DNA of 64,000 nt from an uncultured Prevotellaceae bacterium. GTDB lineage: Bacteria > Bacteroidota > Bacteroidia > Bacteroidales > UBA3663. Both the position numbers and the translations under genes were made by a program. Position 1 is the first letter of the stretch; every line of letters starts with the position of its first letter. Of the stretch, positions 1-9,721 are shown piece after piece. The notes under the pieces were generated by a model that was not told the DNA's origin, searched no databases, and was given only the letters and a program-made list of their open reading frames with translations. The stretch spans positions 4,921-68,920 of the forward strand of contig CAZMOE010000008.1 in assembly GCA_964567855.1 (NCBI GenBank), written 5' to 3'.

Positions 1-552
1 ACCTTCTGCAGCTGTGAAATCCGACATATATTCGACAAAACGCCGGCTGCAGAGGTCTGCCCGCTGACGCCGAAAGACTACGTACCATGCTGCTCCACGC
101 CACTCTACGATGCCATGGGATATGCTCTGACAGCCCTGGACAAATACATGAAAAAGCAGGATGATGCCGTGGCCGTTGTGACCATCATCACAGACGGCAT
201 GGAAAATTCTTCCAAAGAATATAGTGGAACAATCATCAAGGAACTCGTCGAACGCCTGCGCAGCGAAGGATGGACATTCACCTATATGGGAGCCAATCAA
301 GATTCCATAGAGGTGGCCACGAGCCTTTCCATCCGCAATGCACGCAATTTCGCCTTTTGCAGCAACGGAGCAATAGGCGCCATGAGCAAGGATACTCATA
401 CTCGCAGGGGGCTTTACTGCCGACTGGCACAGAGAAAGAAAGAGGAGGTAGACGGCCATTGTGCACCCATGTCACCCGAGGAACGTCGCACCCTCTATAC
501 ATCCATGGCCGACGAAGCCTTTGATGAAGAAGAAAGAACACATAATCTCTAA
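1..552 (+). CDS. VWA (von Willebrand factor type A) domain protein, C-terminal fragment; 5' end lies outside the window
   Basis: Frame 1 is open from base 1 (my translation ...CSTPLYDAMGYALTAL...) and runs into listed ORF 115-552. T.LYDA and VVTIITDGMENSS resemble VWA/MIDAS-region motifs. Stop TAA at 550-552. Confidence 0.65.
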   Translation, partial: TFCSCEIRHIFDKTPAAEVCPLTPKDYVPCCSTPLYDAMGYALTALDKYMKKQDDAVAVVTIITDGMENSSKEYSGTIIKELVERLRSEGWTFTYMGANQDSIEVATSLSIRNARNFAFCSNGAIGAMSKDTHTRRGLYCRLAQRKKEEVDGHCAPMSPEERRTLYTSMADEAFDEEERTHNL

Positions 553-566
553 TAAAACTAACGGAT

Positions 567-1763
567 ATGAAAAAAGCTATTATTTTATTTTGGCATGGAC
601 TGACCGGAATCTTCTCCAGCATTGCCAACTGGTTTACTGTAATTTTGGGAATGAGAGACGATTCCGTATACGGGAGGATCATCCGTCGTATCGTAGGCGG
701 CAGTTTCGCGCTTCTGGTGTTAATAATGACCACGACCATCGGATGGTGCTGGTTTCATGAAATATGTAATCAATGGAGTGTAAGACACGGTTCAAAGAAC
801 GATGAAAGATATTATTCCGTCCAATATCTATCGCCGAATACGCTCTTCTACGATCATAAATACAGCAAAGAGGGTTATGTGAAAGACCGCGACGGAAAGA
901 AAATCCTGGAAAACGTACGTTGGATCGCCAAGCCGTTAGGCCGGGATTCGCTGGTATGTTATAGCGATGGCAAACGTAGGGGATATTTCAATATGTACAC
1001 CGGGGAAAACGTTATCCAGCCGCAATATCACCACGCATGGGTATTCTCAGACGGCCTGGCCTCGGTGGATGACGGCGGCTGGATAAAGTTTATCGACCCA
1101 ACCGGAAATGTTGTCGTCGATACTCATCTGCCATATATCTCCGGCATGGACGGATATGTGTTCCACGAAGGTCTGTGTGTCGTCCGCGATATGCAGCAGG
1201 ATAAGGTCGGTCTGCTTGATAAAACCGGGAAATGGCTTTTGCAACCGGAATACCAGGATATCTATCGGTTTGATTCACTGCTGATAATCAGCAACGGTAC
1301 GGAAGAGGCCGTCATGACGACCGGAATGGAGACTATCATTCCATTTTCCAAAGCAAGTCACTGGATTGAGAACCATATCATCCAGACGACCATGCCGGAC
1401 CACACTTTGCGTCAATACGACCTGCGTGGTAACGTCATAGCGGATTTCTACATCAGCGAAGTAGAACGGATGACCTATCCGACCTCCGAATTGTGTTATA
1501 ATACGACAAAGTATTATGACAATAACGGCAATGTCACAAAAAGTGAAACGGACAACTACGACCCCTATTTTACCCGACGGACAGCCAACCGCCTGTGTTA
1601 TCAGGCAGAGGCCGGATGGTATGGACTGATGTCCAACGACGGACATGTTATCACTCCCCCCTCCTATACTTCAATCACGGCCATCGGTCCGGACCTGTAT
1701 TTATGCAAGTTGTCCGAAGATTACGGAATATTGTTAAACGGAAAAGGGCAACAGGTAAAATAA
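567..1763 (+). CDS. membrane-anchored WG-repeat (KWG-type) protein of unknown function
   Basis: ATG at 567, 14 nt after the upstream stop. Hydrophobic N-terminus (IILFWHGLTGIFSSIANWFTVILG, FALLVLIMTTTIGWCWF). Repeated G(L/W)..V...GK(W/I)G.ID..G..V..P.Y units, e.g. DGLASVDDGGWIKFIDPTGNVV, EGLCVVRDMQQDKVGLLDKTGKWLLQPEY, GWYGLMSNDGHVITPPSY. Confidence 0.75.
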   Translation: MKKAIILFWHGLTGIFSSIANWFTVILGMRDDSVYGRIIRRIVGGSFALLVLIMTTTIGWCWFHEICNQWSVRHGSKNDERYYSVQYLSPNTLFYDHKYSKEGYVKDRDGKKILENVRWIAKPLGRDSLVCYSDGKRRGYFNMYTGENVIQPQYHHAWVFSDGLASVDDGGWIKFIDPTGNVVVDTHLPYISGMDGYVFHEGLCVVRDMQQDKVGLLDKTGKWLLQPEYQDIYRFDSLLIISNGTEEAVMTTGMETIIPFSKASHWIENHIIQTTMPDHTLRQYDLRGNVIADFYISEVERMTYPTSELCYNTTKYYDNNGNVTKSETDNYDPYFTRRTANRLCYQAEAGWYGLMSNDGHVITPPSYTSITAIGPDLYLCKLSEDYGILLNGKGQQVK

Positions 1764-1853
1764 CAGACTAAACGGTACAATCACCTAAAATCAGCCGAAC
1801 GACACACGATTTGTCTGGCAAATTGTTGTACCGATAACGGAAAGACAGAGGAA

Positions 1854-1895
1854 TATCCCCGGAGGCGACAAAGATTCCCGTTGCCTCCGGGGATA
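1854..1895. terminator. bidirectional hairpin between convergent genes
   Basis: Perfect 13-bp inverted repeat tatccccggaggc / gcctccggggata (1854-1866 / 1883-1895) with a 16-nt loop. It lies between the WG-repeat stop (1763) and the kinase stop (1939). Confidence 0.55.
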
Positions 1896-1938
1896 ATGCG
1901 GATAAAGCCGGACTGACAAAGCCTCATCCTTCCGGCCA

Positions 1939-2916
1939 TCACCCGAAACTCATCATGAAAACAGCGCCGAAACCCAGACGGCTGCTTACGGTAAGATTGC
2001 CGCCATGCAACCGCATGATCTGCCGACTGAGACAAAGACCGATGCCCGATCCCTCGCTCTTGGTGGTGAAAAACGGGAGGAAGACAGATTCGAGATTTTC
2101 CCGTGAAATGCCTGGACCGTTATCGCTGACGGTAATATAACACTGACCGGCGGAAAGCGAGGCGATAATTTCGATATTCGCCTCCTGCATTCCGGCCGTC
2201 GCCTCCACGGCATTCCTGATCAGATTGGTCAGGACCTGCGTAATCAGATCGGGATCCACCCGTAGTTCGATATCTTTCCCCGGCAAAAAATGAATATGGG
2301 CCGACTCGGGTGTCAAAGCCAGCAGCTTCCGCTGTTTTTCAAACAACCGGCGGATACTGACCGTCTCCAGCTTCGGCTGCGGCAAATGCGTGAGCCGATG
2401 ATAAGCATCCAGAATTTTCTCGATACTTATACACTGTCCGTTGATAAGTTCCAGTCCCTCCTGCAACATCTCCGGCGAATAACTGCCGGACTGCTTTACC
2501 AGATTATCAGACAAAGAGACTATCGGAGTGATGGAATTGCGCAATTCGTGCGTCATCACCCGTAAGATACGGTCATAATAGAGCTGCTTCGTCTCGATCT
2601 GATAAAGGTTATCCCGATAAAATGCCACAATCTGGTTCATATCGGCATACAATCGTTTTAAAGCCGAATCGTGAGTTTCCGGAAAGCGTACCATGAAATC
2701 ATGATTCACCAAAGATTGCAGGAAATAATCCATCTGCCGGATCAGAAACGAAATCAGATAGAACAACCGCCACAACAGACACACGGCCGTGCAGATCAGC
2801 AGACAACGCACCAGCCAATTCCAGCCCTCGATAAAAGCCACGGCAATCCCACCTCCCGCCAGCAGCAGGGCGATGGCGACCGCTGCCACATACCAACGAT
2901 AATAACGGCTTATCAC
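1939..2916 (-). CDS. sensor histidine kinase, intramembrane-sensing type (two TM helices, no extracytoplasmic domain)
   Basis: H-box MTHELRNSITPI, N-box LIRNAVEAT, G1 DNGPGI, G2 GSGIGL. The N-terminus has two hydrophobic helices joined by only EGWNW. GTG start at 2916 overlaps the upstream stop (GTGA). Confidence 0.9.
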   Translation of the reverse strand: MISRYYRWYVAAVAIALLLAGGGIAVAFIEGWNWLVRCLLICTAVCLLWRLFYLISFLIRQMDYFLQSLVNHDFMVRFPETHDSALKRLYADMNQIVAFYRDNLYQIETKQLYYDRILRVMTHELRNSITPIVSLSDNLVKQSGSYSPEMLQEGLELINGQCISIEKILDAYHRLTHLPQPKLETVSIRRLFEKQRKLLALTPESAHIHFLPGKDIELRVDPDLITQVLTNLIRNAVEATAGMQEANIEIIASLSAGQCYITVSDNGPGISRENLESVFLPFFTTKSEGSGIGLCLSRQIMRLHGGNLTVSSRLGFGAVFMMSFG

Positions 2917-3509
2917 GACTGTTCGATTTTCCTGACCTTATTATATAACGTCTGGCGGCCGATTCCCAAGCGCTTGGCGGCCAGCGTATAATTACCTCCC
3001 ACTTCTTTGAGGACCTCCAGAATATGCTGATTTCCGACCTCCTCGACGGTCATCCTCCGGGTGGAGTCGAGTTTGTCCTTTAAATTCTGTGCCTGACGTA
3101 CGACGTCATCCAATTGCATTTTTTCACGTTGCCTGACAATGGCATCCACCAGTTTGGCAATGAGCGCCTCATTGTCCCAAGGCTTGGTAATAAAGTCTTC
3201 GGCTCCGTTTTTAATGGATTTGACCGCGAGATCCACATCTCCAAAGGCTGTAATGAGCACCACGGCCGGTGCATTCGGCTGTTCTTTGATACGCGCCAGC
3301 CAGAACAAACCGTCTTCACCATCCAGCCTGCGGGCGTCGAAATTCATATCCAGCAGCACAACATCCACATCGCCCGCCGCCAGCAATGCAGGTAATACCT
3401 TGGGATCCGGCATCGCCACTACGGAGCGGAACACTCCGTTCAGCACGAATTTCAATGAACGCAACACCGCCTCATTGTCATCAATAATAAGAACTTTGTA
3501 ATCGTACAT
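2913..3509 (-). CDS. response regulator, REC domain + Fis-type HTH (no AAA+/sigma-54 module)
   Basis: Start trimmed to ATG 3507-3509 (MYDYKVLIIDDNE...). Phospho-acceptor context VVLLDMNF. The C-terminus NYTLAAKRLGIGRQTLYNKVRK is a Fis/HTH_8-type motif. Only about 198 aa, so there is no room for an NtrC central domain. Confidence 0.85.
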   Translation of the reverse strand: MYDYKVLIIDDNEAVLRSLKFVLNGVFRSVVAMPDPKVLPALLAAGDVDVVLLDMNFDARRLDGEDGLFWLARIKEQPNAPAVVLITAFGDVDLAVKSIKNGAEDFITKPWDNEALIAKLVDAIVRQREKMQLDDVVRQAQNLKDKLDSTRRMTVEEVGNQHILEVLKEVGGNYTLAAKRLGIGRQTLYNKVRKIEQS

Positions 3510-3572
3510 CTGTTTTCGATTTCCATCCGGCAATCGACATCTTCCTGCATCGCCGGAACCTGTTTCCAGCGA

Positions 3573-3580
3573 CAAAAGTA
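3573..3580 (-). promoter_or_regulatory. Bacteroidetes sigma-A -7 motif (TActTTTG) for the two-component operon
   Basis: The plus strand reads caaaagta, which is TACTTTTG on the minus strand, 64 nt upstream of the regulator ATG. Confidence 0.45.
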
Positions 3581-3677
3581 CTGTATTTTCTTCAACATGT
3601 GTCTTATTTTGAGACAATCCGCACCTTAAAAAAACATTTTCACGACTTTTCATCTCATAAAAGCACTTCAAAGCATC

Positions 3678-3685
3678 TATTTTTG
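3678..3685 (+). promoter_or_regulatory. Bacteroidetes sigma-A -7 motif (TAttTTTG) for the efflux operon
   Basis: tatttttg lies 54 nt upstream of the tolC-like ATG at 3739. Confidence 0.45.
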
Positions 3686-3738
3686 CATCACCAACCATAA
3701 CAGAACGAACAACGTCTCAACCTGCACACATAATCACG

Positions 3739-5166
3739 ATGAAAGAGATCCTTTCCTTCAGAAATTACCGACCGCTTAGGGCATTAGCAGTCGTCGCCAT
3801 ATTGATTTCAGGGCCACACATACCCTCTTCGGCCGCCACGCCGGCGCAGCCGGCACCAACCATTCTGCAGGAAACGCCCCAGGCATCCCGGGGCACGGCC
3901 ATGACCCTGCACGATTGCCTTCTCTACGCCCGCGACCATGCACGGGCCAACCGAATGGAACAATTATCGCTCGACATGAGCCGCATCGACCAGCAAAACC
4001 GCGCCTTCGCCTTCCTGCCCTATGTCAGCTTCGGTTCCGGAGCCTCCCTCGGTTTCGGCCGGGGCATCGACCCCGAAACCAACAGTTATGCCACCAAGCA
4101 GACGCTGAACAACAGCTACAGTCTTTCCATGTCGCTGCCGCTTTTCGACGGGTTAGTCAAGGTCAACACCTACCGCGCCTATAAAATGATGACCCTCCAG
4201 CAACGCAAACAGACCGAAATCACCGCCGATGCCACTTCGCTGAAAGTGATCCGCGCCTACTACAATATGGTCTACTACGAACAGCTTGTCAACCAAGTCA
4301 AATGCCAGCTGCAAAGCCACCGTGAGAACCTCCGCAAGACAGAACGGCAGGAGGCCCTGGGGATAATCGCCGGAGCCGACGTCGACGAAATGAAAGCGAC
4401 CGTCGCCAATTCGGAATACCAGCTTGTCAATCAGGAAAACCTTCTTGCCACGGCCGAACTGGAGCTTAAGGCCGAAATGAACTACCCCATAGACAGTCCG
4501 CTTACCATCCTCTCGCAAATACGCCTCGACGCCGATCCTCTGCACAGCGGGCCATTGCCCCTGCAAGATATCGAAAACTATGTACAGCACCTTCCCAAAG
4601 CACAGCAAGCCCTGTTGGCTCTCCGCCAAAGTCACTATCAGTTGAAAACGGCCCGCGGCAGCTACTCGCCCTCCCTCTCGCTCTCGGCCGGCATCTCGAC
4701 CTCCTATCACAAGACGCTTAACTTCAACTACGAAGCCGCTCCTTTCAATCAGCAATGGCATGACAACATGGGACAAAACATCAGCATCAGCCTCTCCATT
4801 CCCATTTTCGACCGGTTCGGCACCTTGAACAGCCACCGCCGCGCCAAACTCAGTTACAAACGCCAGCAGATAGCATACGAGGAGACCCTCTTCAATCTCG
4901 AGAAAGAGATGCAACAGGCCCAGATGGAACTGGAGGGAGCCCGCCGCGAGTATCTCGCAGCCGAATCCCGCCTCACGGCCGTAACCACAGCCCACCGCGC
5001 CAATCAGCGCAAGTTCGAGCTGGGCACTCTCTCCGCCCTGGAGCTTTATAGCAGTTCCTCCAATCTCGCTTCGGCACAAGCCACCGTCACCGGCAAGCAA
5101 ATCCAGTACCTCATCAAGCGCATCGAAATGGATTATTACCTGGGGCGTCCGTTTATCAACAACTGA
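3739..5166 (+). CDS. TolC-family outer-membrane efflux channel
   Basis: 475 aa with a signal-like N-terminus. Two long coiled-coil/beta repeat halves with typical OEP motifs (LHDCLLYA..., LQQRKQTEITADATSLKVIRAYYN, LELYSSSSNLASAQ). First gene of the efflux operon. Confidence 0.85.
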   Translation: MKEILSFRNYRPLRALAVVAILISGPHIPSSAATPAQPAPTILQETPQASRGTAMTLHDCLLYARDHARANRMEQLSLDMSRIDQQNRAFAFLPYVSFGSGASLGFGRGIDPETNSYATKQTLNNSYSLSMSLPLFDGLVKVNTYRAYKMMTLQQRKQTEITADATSLKVIRAYYNMVYYEQLVNQVKCQLQSHRENLRKTERQEALGIIAGADVDEMKATVANSEYQLVNQENLLATAELELKAEMNYPIDSPLTILSQIRLDADPLHSGPLPLQDIENYVQHLPKAQQALLALRQSHYQLKTARGSYSPSLSLSAGISTSYHKTLNFNYEAAPFNQQWHDNMGQNISISLSIPIFDRFGTLNSHRRAKLSYKRQQIAYEETLFNLEKEMQQAQMELEGARREYLAAESRLTAVTTAHRANQRKFELGTLSALELYSSSSNLASAQATVTGKQIQYLIKRIEMDYYLGRPFINN

Positions 5167-5201
5167 ATCGATCATCATACATAAAATAATCCGATTACCT
5201 C

Positions 5202-6452
5202 ATGGACAGAATCATAGAACACAAAGGAATCATCCGCAAAAAACATATTCCCTACATCATCGGCGGCTCCTTGCTCACGGGGCTCATCATCTGGGCATTG
5301 GCCGGCGACCGTTCCGCCCGGTTCCGTACAGAAAGAAAAAACATCACCGTCAGTGAAGTTACCCAGGGTGCATTCAACGACTATATCCGCCTCAACGGAA
5401 CGGTCGTGGCAGGAACCATCGTGCAGGTCGCCGCCCTCGAAAGCGGGATTGTCGAAACCAAGCACATCACCGAGGGAAACATGGTACGGAAAGGAGACAT
5501 CATCCTCACCTTACGCAATCCCCACCTCACGCAACAGATTCTCGACAGCGAGGCACAGCTTGCCGAAAAGCAGAATATGCTACGGGATACGGAGATATCC
5601 ATGGAAAAAAACAAGCTTTCCATGCAACAGGATCTCCTCACCACCGCCACCGAATACAATCGCTACCGCCGTGCCTATGAGCAGCAGAAAGCGCTTTACG
5701 AAGAACGGCTCACCTCCCGGGAATCCTATCTCCAGGCACAGGAGAACTACCATCTTGCCGAAAGCCGGCTTCAACTGCTTCACGACCGCATCTACCAGGA
5801 TTCTCTTTACCGCAGCGTACAGGTAGAGAGGCTCCGCGAAAGCCTTGCCAACATGGAACACAATCTGCAGCTCGTCCGCCAACGGGCTGACAACCTGAAA
5901 GTGCGCGCCTCGTACGACGGCCAGCTGGGAAGCCTCACTCCCGAACTCGGCCAGAACATCCCCTCGGGAGCAAATATCGGTAAAATCAACATCCTCGACA
6001 ACTACAAGATACAGGTTAGCATCGACGAACATTATATCGACCGCATCACGCTCGGACTGAACGGGAAATTTGAACAGCAAAGCACCAGCTACAACGTTTA
6101 TGTGAGCAAAGTCTATCCGGAAGTCCAGGGAGGTCAGTTCCGCACAGACCTCATCTTCGGCGACGAACGCCCGGAGAATATCCGAGTCGGCCAAACCTAT
6201 TATATCAACCTCGAACTGGGAGAATCTTCCGAAAGCGTTCTCATCCCGCGCGGCAGTTTCTATCAATCTACTGGCGGACGCTGGATTTTCGTCGTCAATG
6301 AGGAAGGCACAGAGGCCACCCGCCGCAATATCCGCATCGGAAAGCAGAATCCACAATACTACGAAATTACGGAAGGTCTCCAACCGGGAGAAAAAGTCAT
6401 CACCTCCGGTTATGACAGCTTCGGCGAGGCCGAAAAAATCATCATCCTGTAA
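5202..6452 (+). CDS. efflux periplasmic adaptor (membrane fusion protein, HlyD/MacA family)
   Basis: N-terminal TM anchor (IIGGSLLTGLIIWALAG), lipoyl-like GD.I..L motif (VRKGDIILTL), a long coiled coil, and C-terminal beta domains. Positioned between tolC and the ABC ATPase. Confidence 0.85.
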   Translation: MDRIIEHKGIIRKKHIPYIIGGSLLTGLIIWALAGDRSARFRTERKNITVSEVTQGAFNDYIRLNGTVVAGTIVQVAALESGIVETKHITEGNMVRKGDIILTLRNPHLTQQILDSEAQLAEKQNMLRDTEISMEKNKLSMQQDLLTTATEYNRYRRAYEQQKALYEERLTSRESYLQAQENYHLAESRLQLLHDRIYQDSLYRSVQVERLRESLANMEHNLQLVRQRADNLKVRASYDGQLGSLTPELGQNIPSGANIGKINILDNYKIQVSIDEHYIDRITLGLNGKFEQQSTSYNVYVSKVYPEVQGGQFRTDLIFGDERPENIRVGQTYYINLELGESSESVLIPRGSFYQSTGGRWIFVVNEEGTEATRRNIRIGKQNPQYYEITEGLQPGEKVITSGYDSFGEAEKIIIL

Positions 6453-6518
6453 GCGGGAAACAATTACAAAGAACTATAAAACAATATCCACGAATTCAAA
6501 TCAAAAACATTGTATATT

Positions 6519-7202
6519 ATGAAAATCCAAATCAAAAACTTAGAGAAAGTATTCCGTACGGAACTTGTTGAAACCGTAGCCCTGAACAGCATCGACATGG
6601 AGGTTAAAGAGGGAGAATTCGTCGCTATCATGGGTCCCTCAGGCTGCGGCAAATCTACATTGCTCAACATCCTCGGACTTTTAGACAATCCTACTTCCGG
6701 CTCTTATGAGCTTGACGGTCACGAAGTCGCTACCCTCAAAGAAAAAGAGCGCACCAACTACCGCAAAGGTAAAATCGGCTTCATTTTCCAGTCATTCAAC
6801 CTGATCGAAGAACTCAACGTCGAAGAAAACATAGCCCTGCCGCTCAACTATCTGCATATCTCTTCATCCGAAAAGAAACGCCGCGTACAGGAAATCATGC
6901 AGCGTGTCAACATCAGCCATCGCGCCAAACACTTCCCCAACCAGCTCTCCGGCGGCCAGCAACAGCGTGTGGCCATCGCCCGCGCTGTTATCGCCAATCC
7001 CGGGCTGATCCTCGCCGACGAACCTACAGGCAACCTCGACTCAAAAAACGGTCAAGAGGTTATGGAACTGCTCAGCGAACTCAATCGCGAGGGCACAACC
7101 ATCGTTATGGTGACCCACTCGCAAAAAGATTCCACCTATGCCCACCGCATCATCAATCTCTTCGACGGGCAGATCGTGCAATCGCTCGACAATAAAATGT
7201 AA
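6519..7202 (+). CDS. ABC transporter ATP-binding protein (MacB/LolD-type)
   Basis: Walker [10 protein letters not shown], signature [14 protein letters not shown], Walker [14 protein letters not shown]-loop VTHS. The track start at 6510 is TTG, so I prefer ATG 6519 ([12 protein letters not shown]). Confidence 0.92.
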   Translation: MKIQIKNLEKVFRTELVETVALNSIDMEVKEGEFVAIMGPSGCGKSTLLNILGLLDNPTSGSYELDGHEVATLKEKERTNYRKGKIGFIFQSFNLIEELNVEENIALPLNYLHISSSEKKRRVQEIMQRVNISHRAKHFPNQLSGGQQQRVAIARAVIANPGLILADEPTGNLDSKNGQEVMELLSELNREGTTIVMVTHSQKDSTYAHRIINLFDGQIVQSLDNKM

Positions 7203-7231
7203 AAACATTCCTTACCGACACCCCCGCCCTT

Positions 7232-9586
7232 ATGAAAAGTTTCTTCATTTTCCTATCGCATAACAAACTCTACACGTTCATCAACTTCTTCGGATTAAGC
7301 ATCTCCTTAGCGATCATCTTTATCATTGCCGGCTATACCGGCAACCAACTGCAGACCGATAGCTTCCAGAAAAATGCCGACCGTATCTATATCCTCAGTT
7401 CCGGTAACGGGAAAGCCCACGCGGCTTACGGTGTCTCTCCATTGTTGAGCGGCCGCTTTCCGGAAATAGAGCATGTCGTGGCCCTGCATTGCGAATCCTG
7501 CAGAACTAAGATCAATGACATACAAAGTTACGAGACCGTACTGATGGCCGATTCCGCCTTCTTCAATATGTTCACCATTGACATTAGCGACGGCGACGTG
7601 CAACAGTTCAAACATTCCCGGCAACAATGCGTCATCAGCAAGCAACTTGCCCGTCGGATGTTCGGCGATCGCAACCCCATCGGGCAGAAGATCTCATTCG
7701 ATGACAACCGCGATTTCACAATTTGCGCCGTCATGAAAGATATCAGGAACAGCATCCTGCCCGATGCCGGTATCGTGGTCCCCGTTACCTCCTACCTATC
7801 TTTCTATTATGGTAACGACAAACGATATATGGGAAACGCCGGATTCGCCTACATCTTCCTCATGCCCCACAAGGGTGCAGATCTCGAGGCACGCACCGAC
7901 GATATCCTGCAATGCTTCCGCGAAAACTATTGGGCTTATGACAACCGCGATAGGAAAGTCCAGTTCATCTCCTTGCGCGACAGTTTCTTCCAGCTCGACC
8001 TGGCCGGAGATTTTCCAAGCAACAACAAATTCCATTCCGGCAACAAAAACTTCGTGTTGACGCTCATCTCCGTAGGATTGATACTCCTGATTTTCGCCAT
8101 TCTCAACTACATCAATCTAAGTATTGCCCAAACCACTTTCCGCGCTAAGGAAATGGCCACCCGCCGTCTCCTCGGCACTTCCCGGCAAGGTATCATCGCC
8201 CGCATGATCGGCGAATCGACCATCTTCTGCTCGTTCGCCGTCGGCGTAGGCCTCCTGCTGGCCTATGCGCTCCTACCCTACGCCAATCAATTGCTGGAAC
8301 ACCAGTTCGGACTATTCGATAATATCGAGTGGCAAGGCATCGCCGCCTACCTGCTCGGCTTCATCATGCTCTGTGTGCTAACCGGTATTTGTCCGGCCCT
8401 GCTCCTCGCCCGATATCAGCCCATCGAGGTGGTGAAAGGTATTTTCAAAAGCCACAGTAAAAACCTCTACGGTAAAATCATGATCGGGATCCAATACGCC
8501 ATTGCTATTGCCATGCTCGTATCGTCGGGGATCGTCTATCTCCAGACCCGCCACCTGAAAGAGGCCCCGCTCGGCTACAATACCGAAAACATCCTCTACA
8601 TTCCACGCTACGCCAGCCATTTCCTGAATGCCGTTACCTTCCGCGACCGGATGCTGGCCCTCCCCTACGTCGAGGCTGTCGGGCTGGGCAATGGCACCCC
8701 GCTACATGGCTCCAATAATAACACCATGAAAATGGGCGACCGATGGATCTCTACCCAGGAAATCCGCGGCGATTCCGCCTATTTCGAAATCCTCGGGCTA
8801 CGCCTCAAGCAGGAAAATCATCAGGCGAACCGAAATGCCGTCTATTTCACGGAACAAGTTTTCCGCGAAATGGAGATCGATGAGGATGCCCTCGTCACCC
8901 CGATGCTCGGCAATGCGGAAAAAGGCTGGAAAATAAACATTGCGGGCGTGTACCACGACTTCCAACTCGGCACCATCTTAGACAAAAAACGTTGCGCCAG
9001 CGTCGACAACCGCGGAACGTATGACCCCAATGGCCCATGGAATCCGTGGGACTTCATTGTCAAAATCAAAGGAGATCCAGATGCTGCCAAAAAGGCTATC
9101 GCCGAAGCCTACCGCATCGAAACCGAAGGAGGCGAAGCCGGACCGGGTGAAATAATTTATTTCCACGAGACATTGGATGCAGCCTTCAAGCAGGAAAGCA
9201 ATCTGTTGCAAATCGTCATCATTTTCACGGTGCTCGCACTCCTCATCTCCACCTTAGGACTGCTTGCCATGTCGACCTATTACATCCGCCAGCGTCGTCA
9301 GGACATCGCCGTCAAGCGGGTATTCGGAGCCTCGCAAAGCAACATCGTCCGACAACTGACAGGAACGTTTCTACAACTTGTAGGCATTTCCTTCCTCGTC
9401 GCCGTTCCGATAATCTATATGATCATGCACCGATGGCTGGAAGACTACAACTACCGCATCGAACAACCTGCCTGGCTCTATGTAGCAACAGCCTGCTTCG
9501 CCGGCATCGTTGCTTTCTGCACCATCGTAGGATTCGCCATGCAAACAGCTCGGGAAAACCCGGTCTCCGTGTTAAAGAAAGAATAA
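7232..9586 (+). CDS. ABC transporter permease, FtsX/MacB family (paralog 1 of 3)
   Basis: 784 aa. N-terminal TM, then a periplasmic domain, then TM bundles. FtsX-type motif RAKEMATRRLLGTSR and a second FtsX half (IAVKRVFGASQSNIV). Confidence 0.9.
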   Translation: MKSFFIFLSHNKLYTFINFFGLSISLAIIFIIAGYTGNQLQTDSFQKNADRIYILSSGNGKAHAAYGVSPLLSGRFPEIEHVVALHCESCRTKINDIQSYETVLMADSAFFNMFTIDISDGDVQQFKHSRQQCVISKQLARRMFGDRNPIGQKISFDDNRDFTICAVMKDIRNSILPDAGIVVPVTSYLSFYYGNDKRYMGNAGFAYIFLMPHKGADLEARTDDILQCFRENYWAYDNRDRKVQFISLRDSFFQLDLAGDFPSNNKFHSGNKNFVLTLISVGLILLIFAILNYINLSIAQTTFRAKEMATRRLLGTSRQGIIARMIGESTIFCSFAVGVGLLLAYALLPYANQLLEHQFGLFDNIEWQGIAAYLLGFIMLCVLTGICPALLLARYQPIEVVKGIFKSHSKNLYGKIMIGIQYAIAIAMLVSSGIVYLQTRHLKEAPLGYNTENILYIPRYASHFLNAVTFRDRMLALPYVEAVGLGNGTPLHGSNNNTMKMGDRWISTQEIRGDSAYFEILGLRLKQENHQANRNAVYFTEQVFREMEIDEDALVTPMLGNAEKGWKINIAGVYHDFQLGTILDKKRCASVDNRGTYDPNGPWNPWDFIVKIKGDPDAAKKAIAEAYRIETEGGEAGPGEIIYFHETLDAAFKQESNLLQIVIIFTVLALLISTLGLLAMSTYYIRQRRQDIAVKRVFGASQSNIVRQLTGTFLQLVGISFLVAVPIIYMIMHRWLEDYNYRIEQPAWLYVATACFAGIVAFCTIVGFAMQTARENPVSVLKKE
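9260..9586 (+). repeat. conserved 3' block of permease paralog 1 (pairs with 11744-12070)
   Basis: This 327-nt block aligns without gaps to 11744-12070. Exact shared runs seen by eye include cagcgtcgtcaggacatcgcc (21 nt), caacctgcctggctcta, atctatatgatcatgc and gctttctgcaccatcg. Confidence 0.8.
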
Positions 9587-9721
9587 AGTATTCCTTTTTC
9601 CTGCTGTCCGAATGCGACACCGGGAAAGAGACTTTCCGCTGACACCCGCCGACCTGGAACCGCTCTTCCGTGGCTCATCGGATTTCCACACAACTCCATT
9701 CATCCATAAACATTCATCGAT

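Noticed and set aside
3671-3689. Possible sigma-54 (-24/-12) promoter upstream of the efflux operon (aagcat...ttgca).
   Set aside because: It lacks the conserved GG of the -24 element and has 6-nt rather than 5-nt spacing. The same bases form a perfect TAttTTTG sigma-A motif, and the cognate regulator has no AAA+ domain.
3510-3698. 63-codon N-terminal extension of the response regulator offered by the ORF track.
   Set aside because: The receiver domain starts at MYDYKVLIIDD. The extension overlaps the divergent promoter region, including the minus-strand TActTTTG motif at 3573-3580.
4153-5178. 341-aa ORF antisense to the tolC-like gene.
   Set aside because: It lies entirely within and opposite a well-supported gene. 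The composition is G/A/V/L/E-rich and low-complexity with no motifs. This is the typical 'shadow' ORF produced when sense codons rarely end in a way that creates antisense stops.
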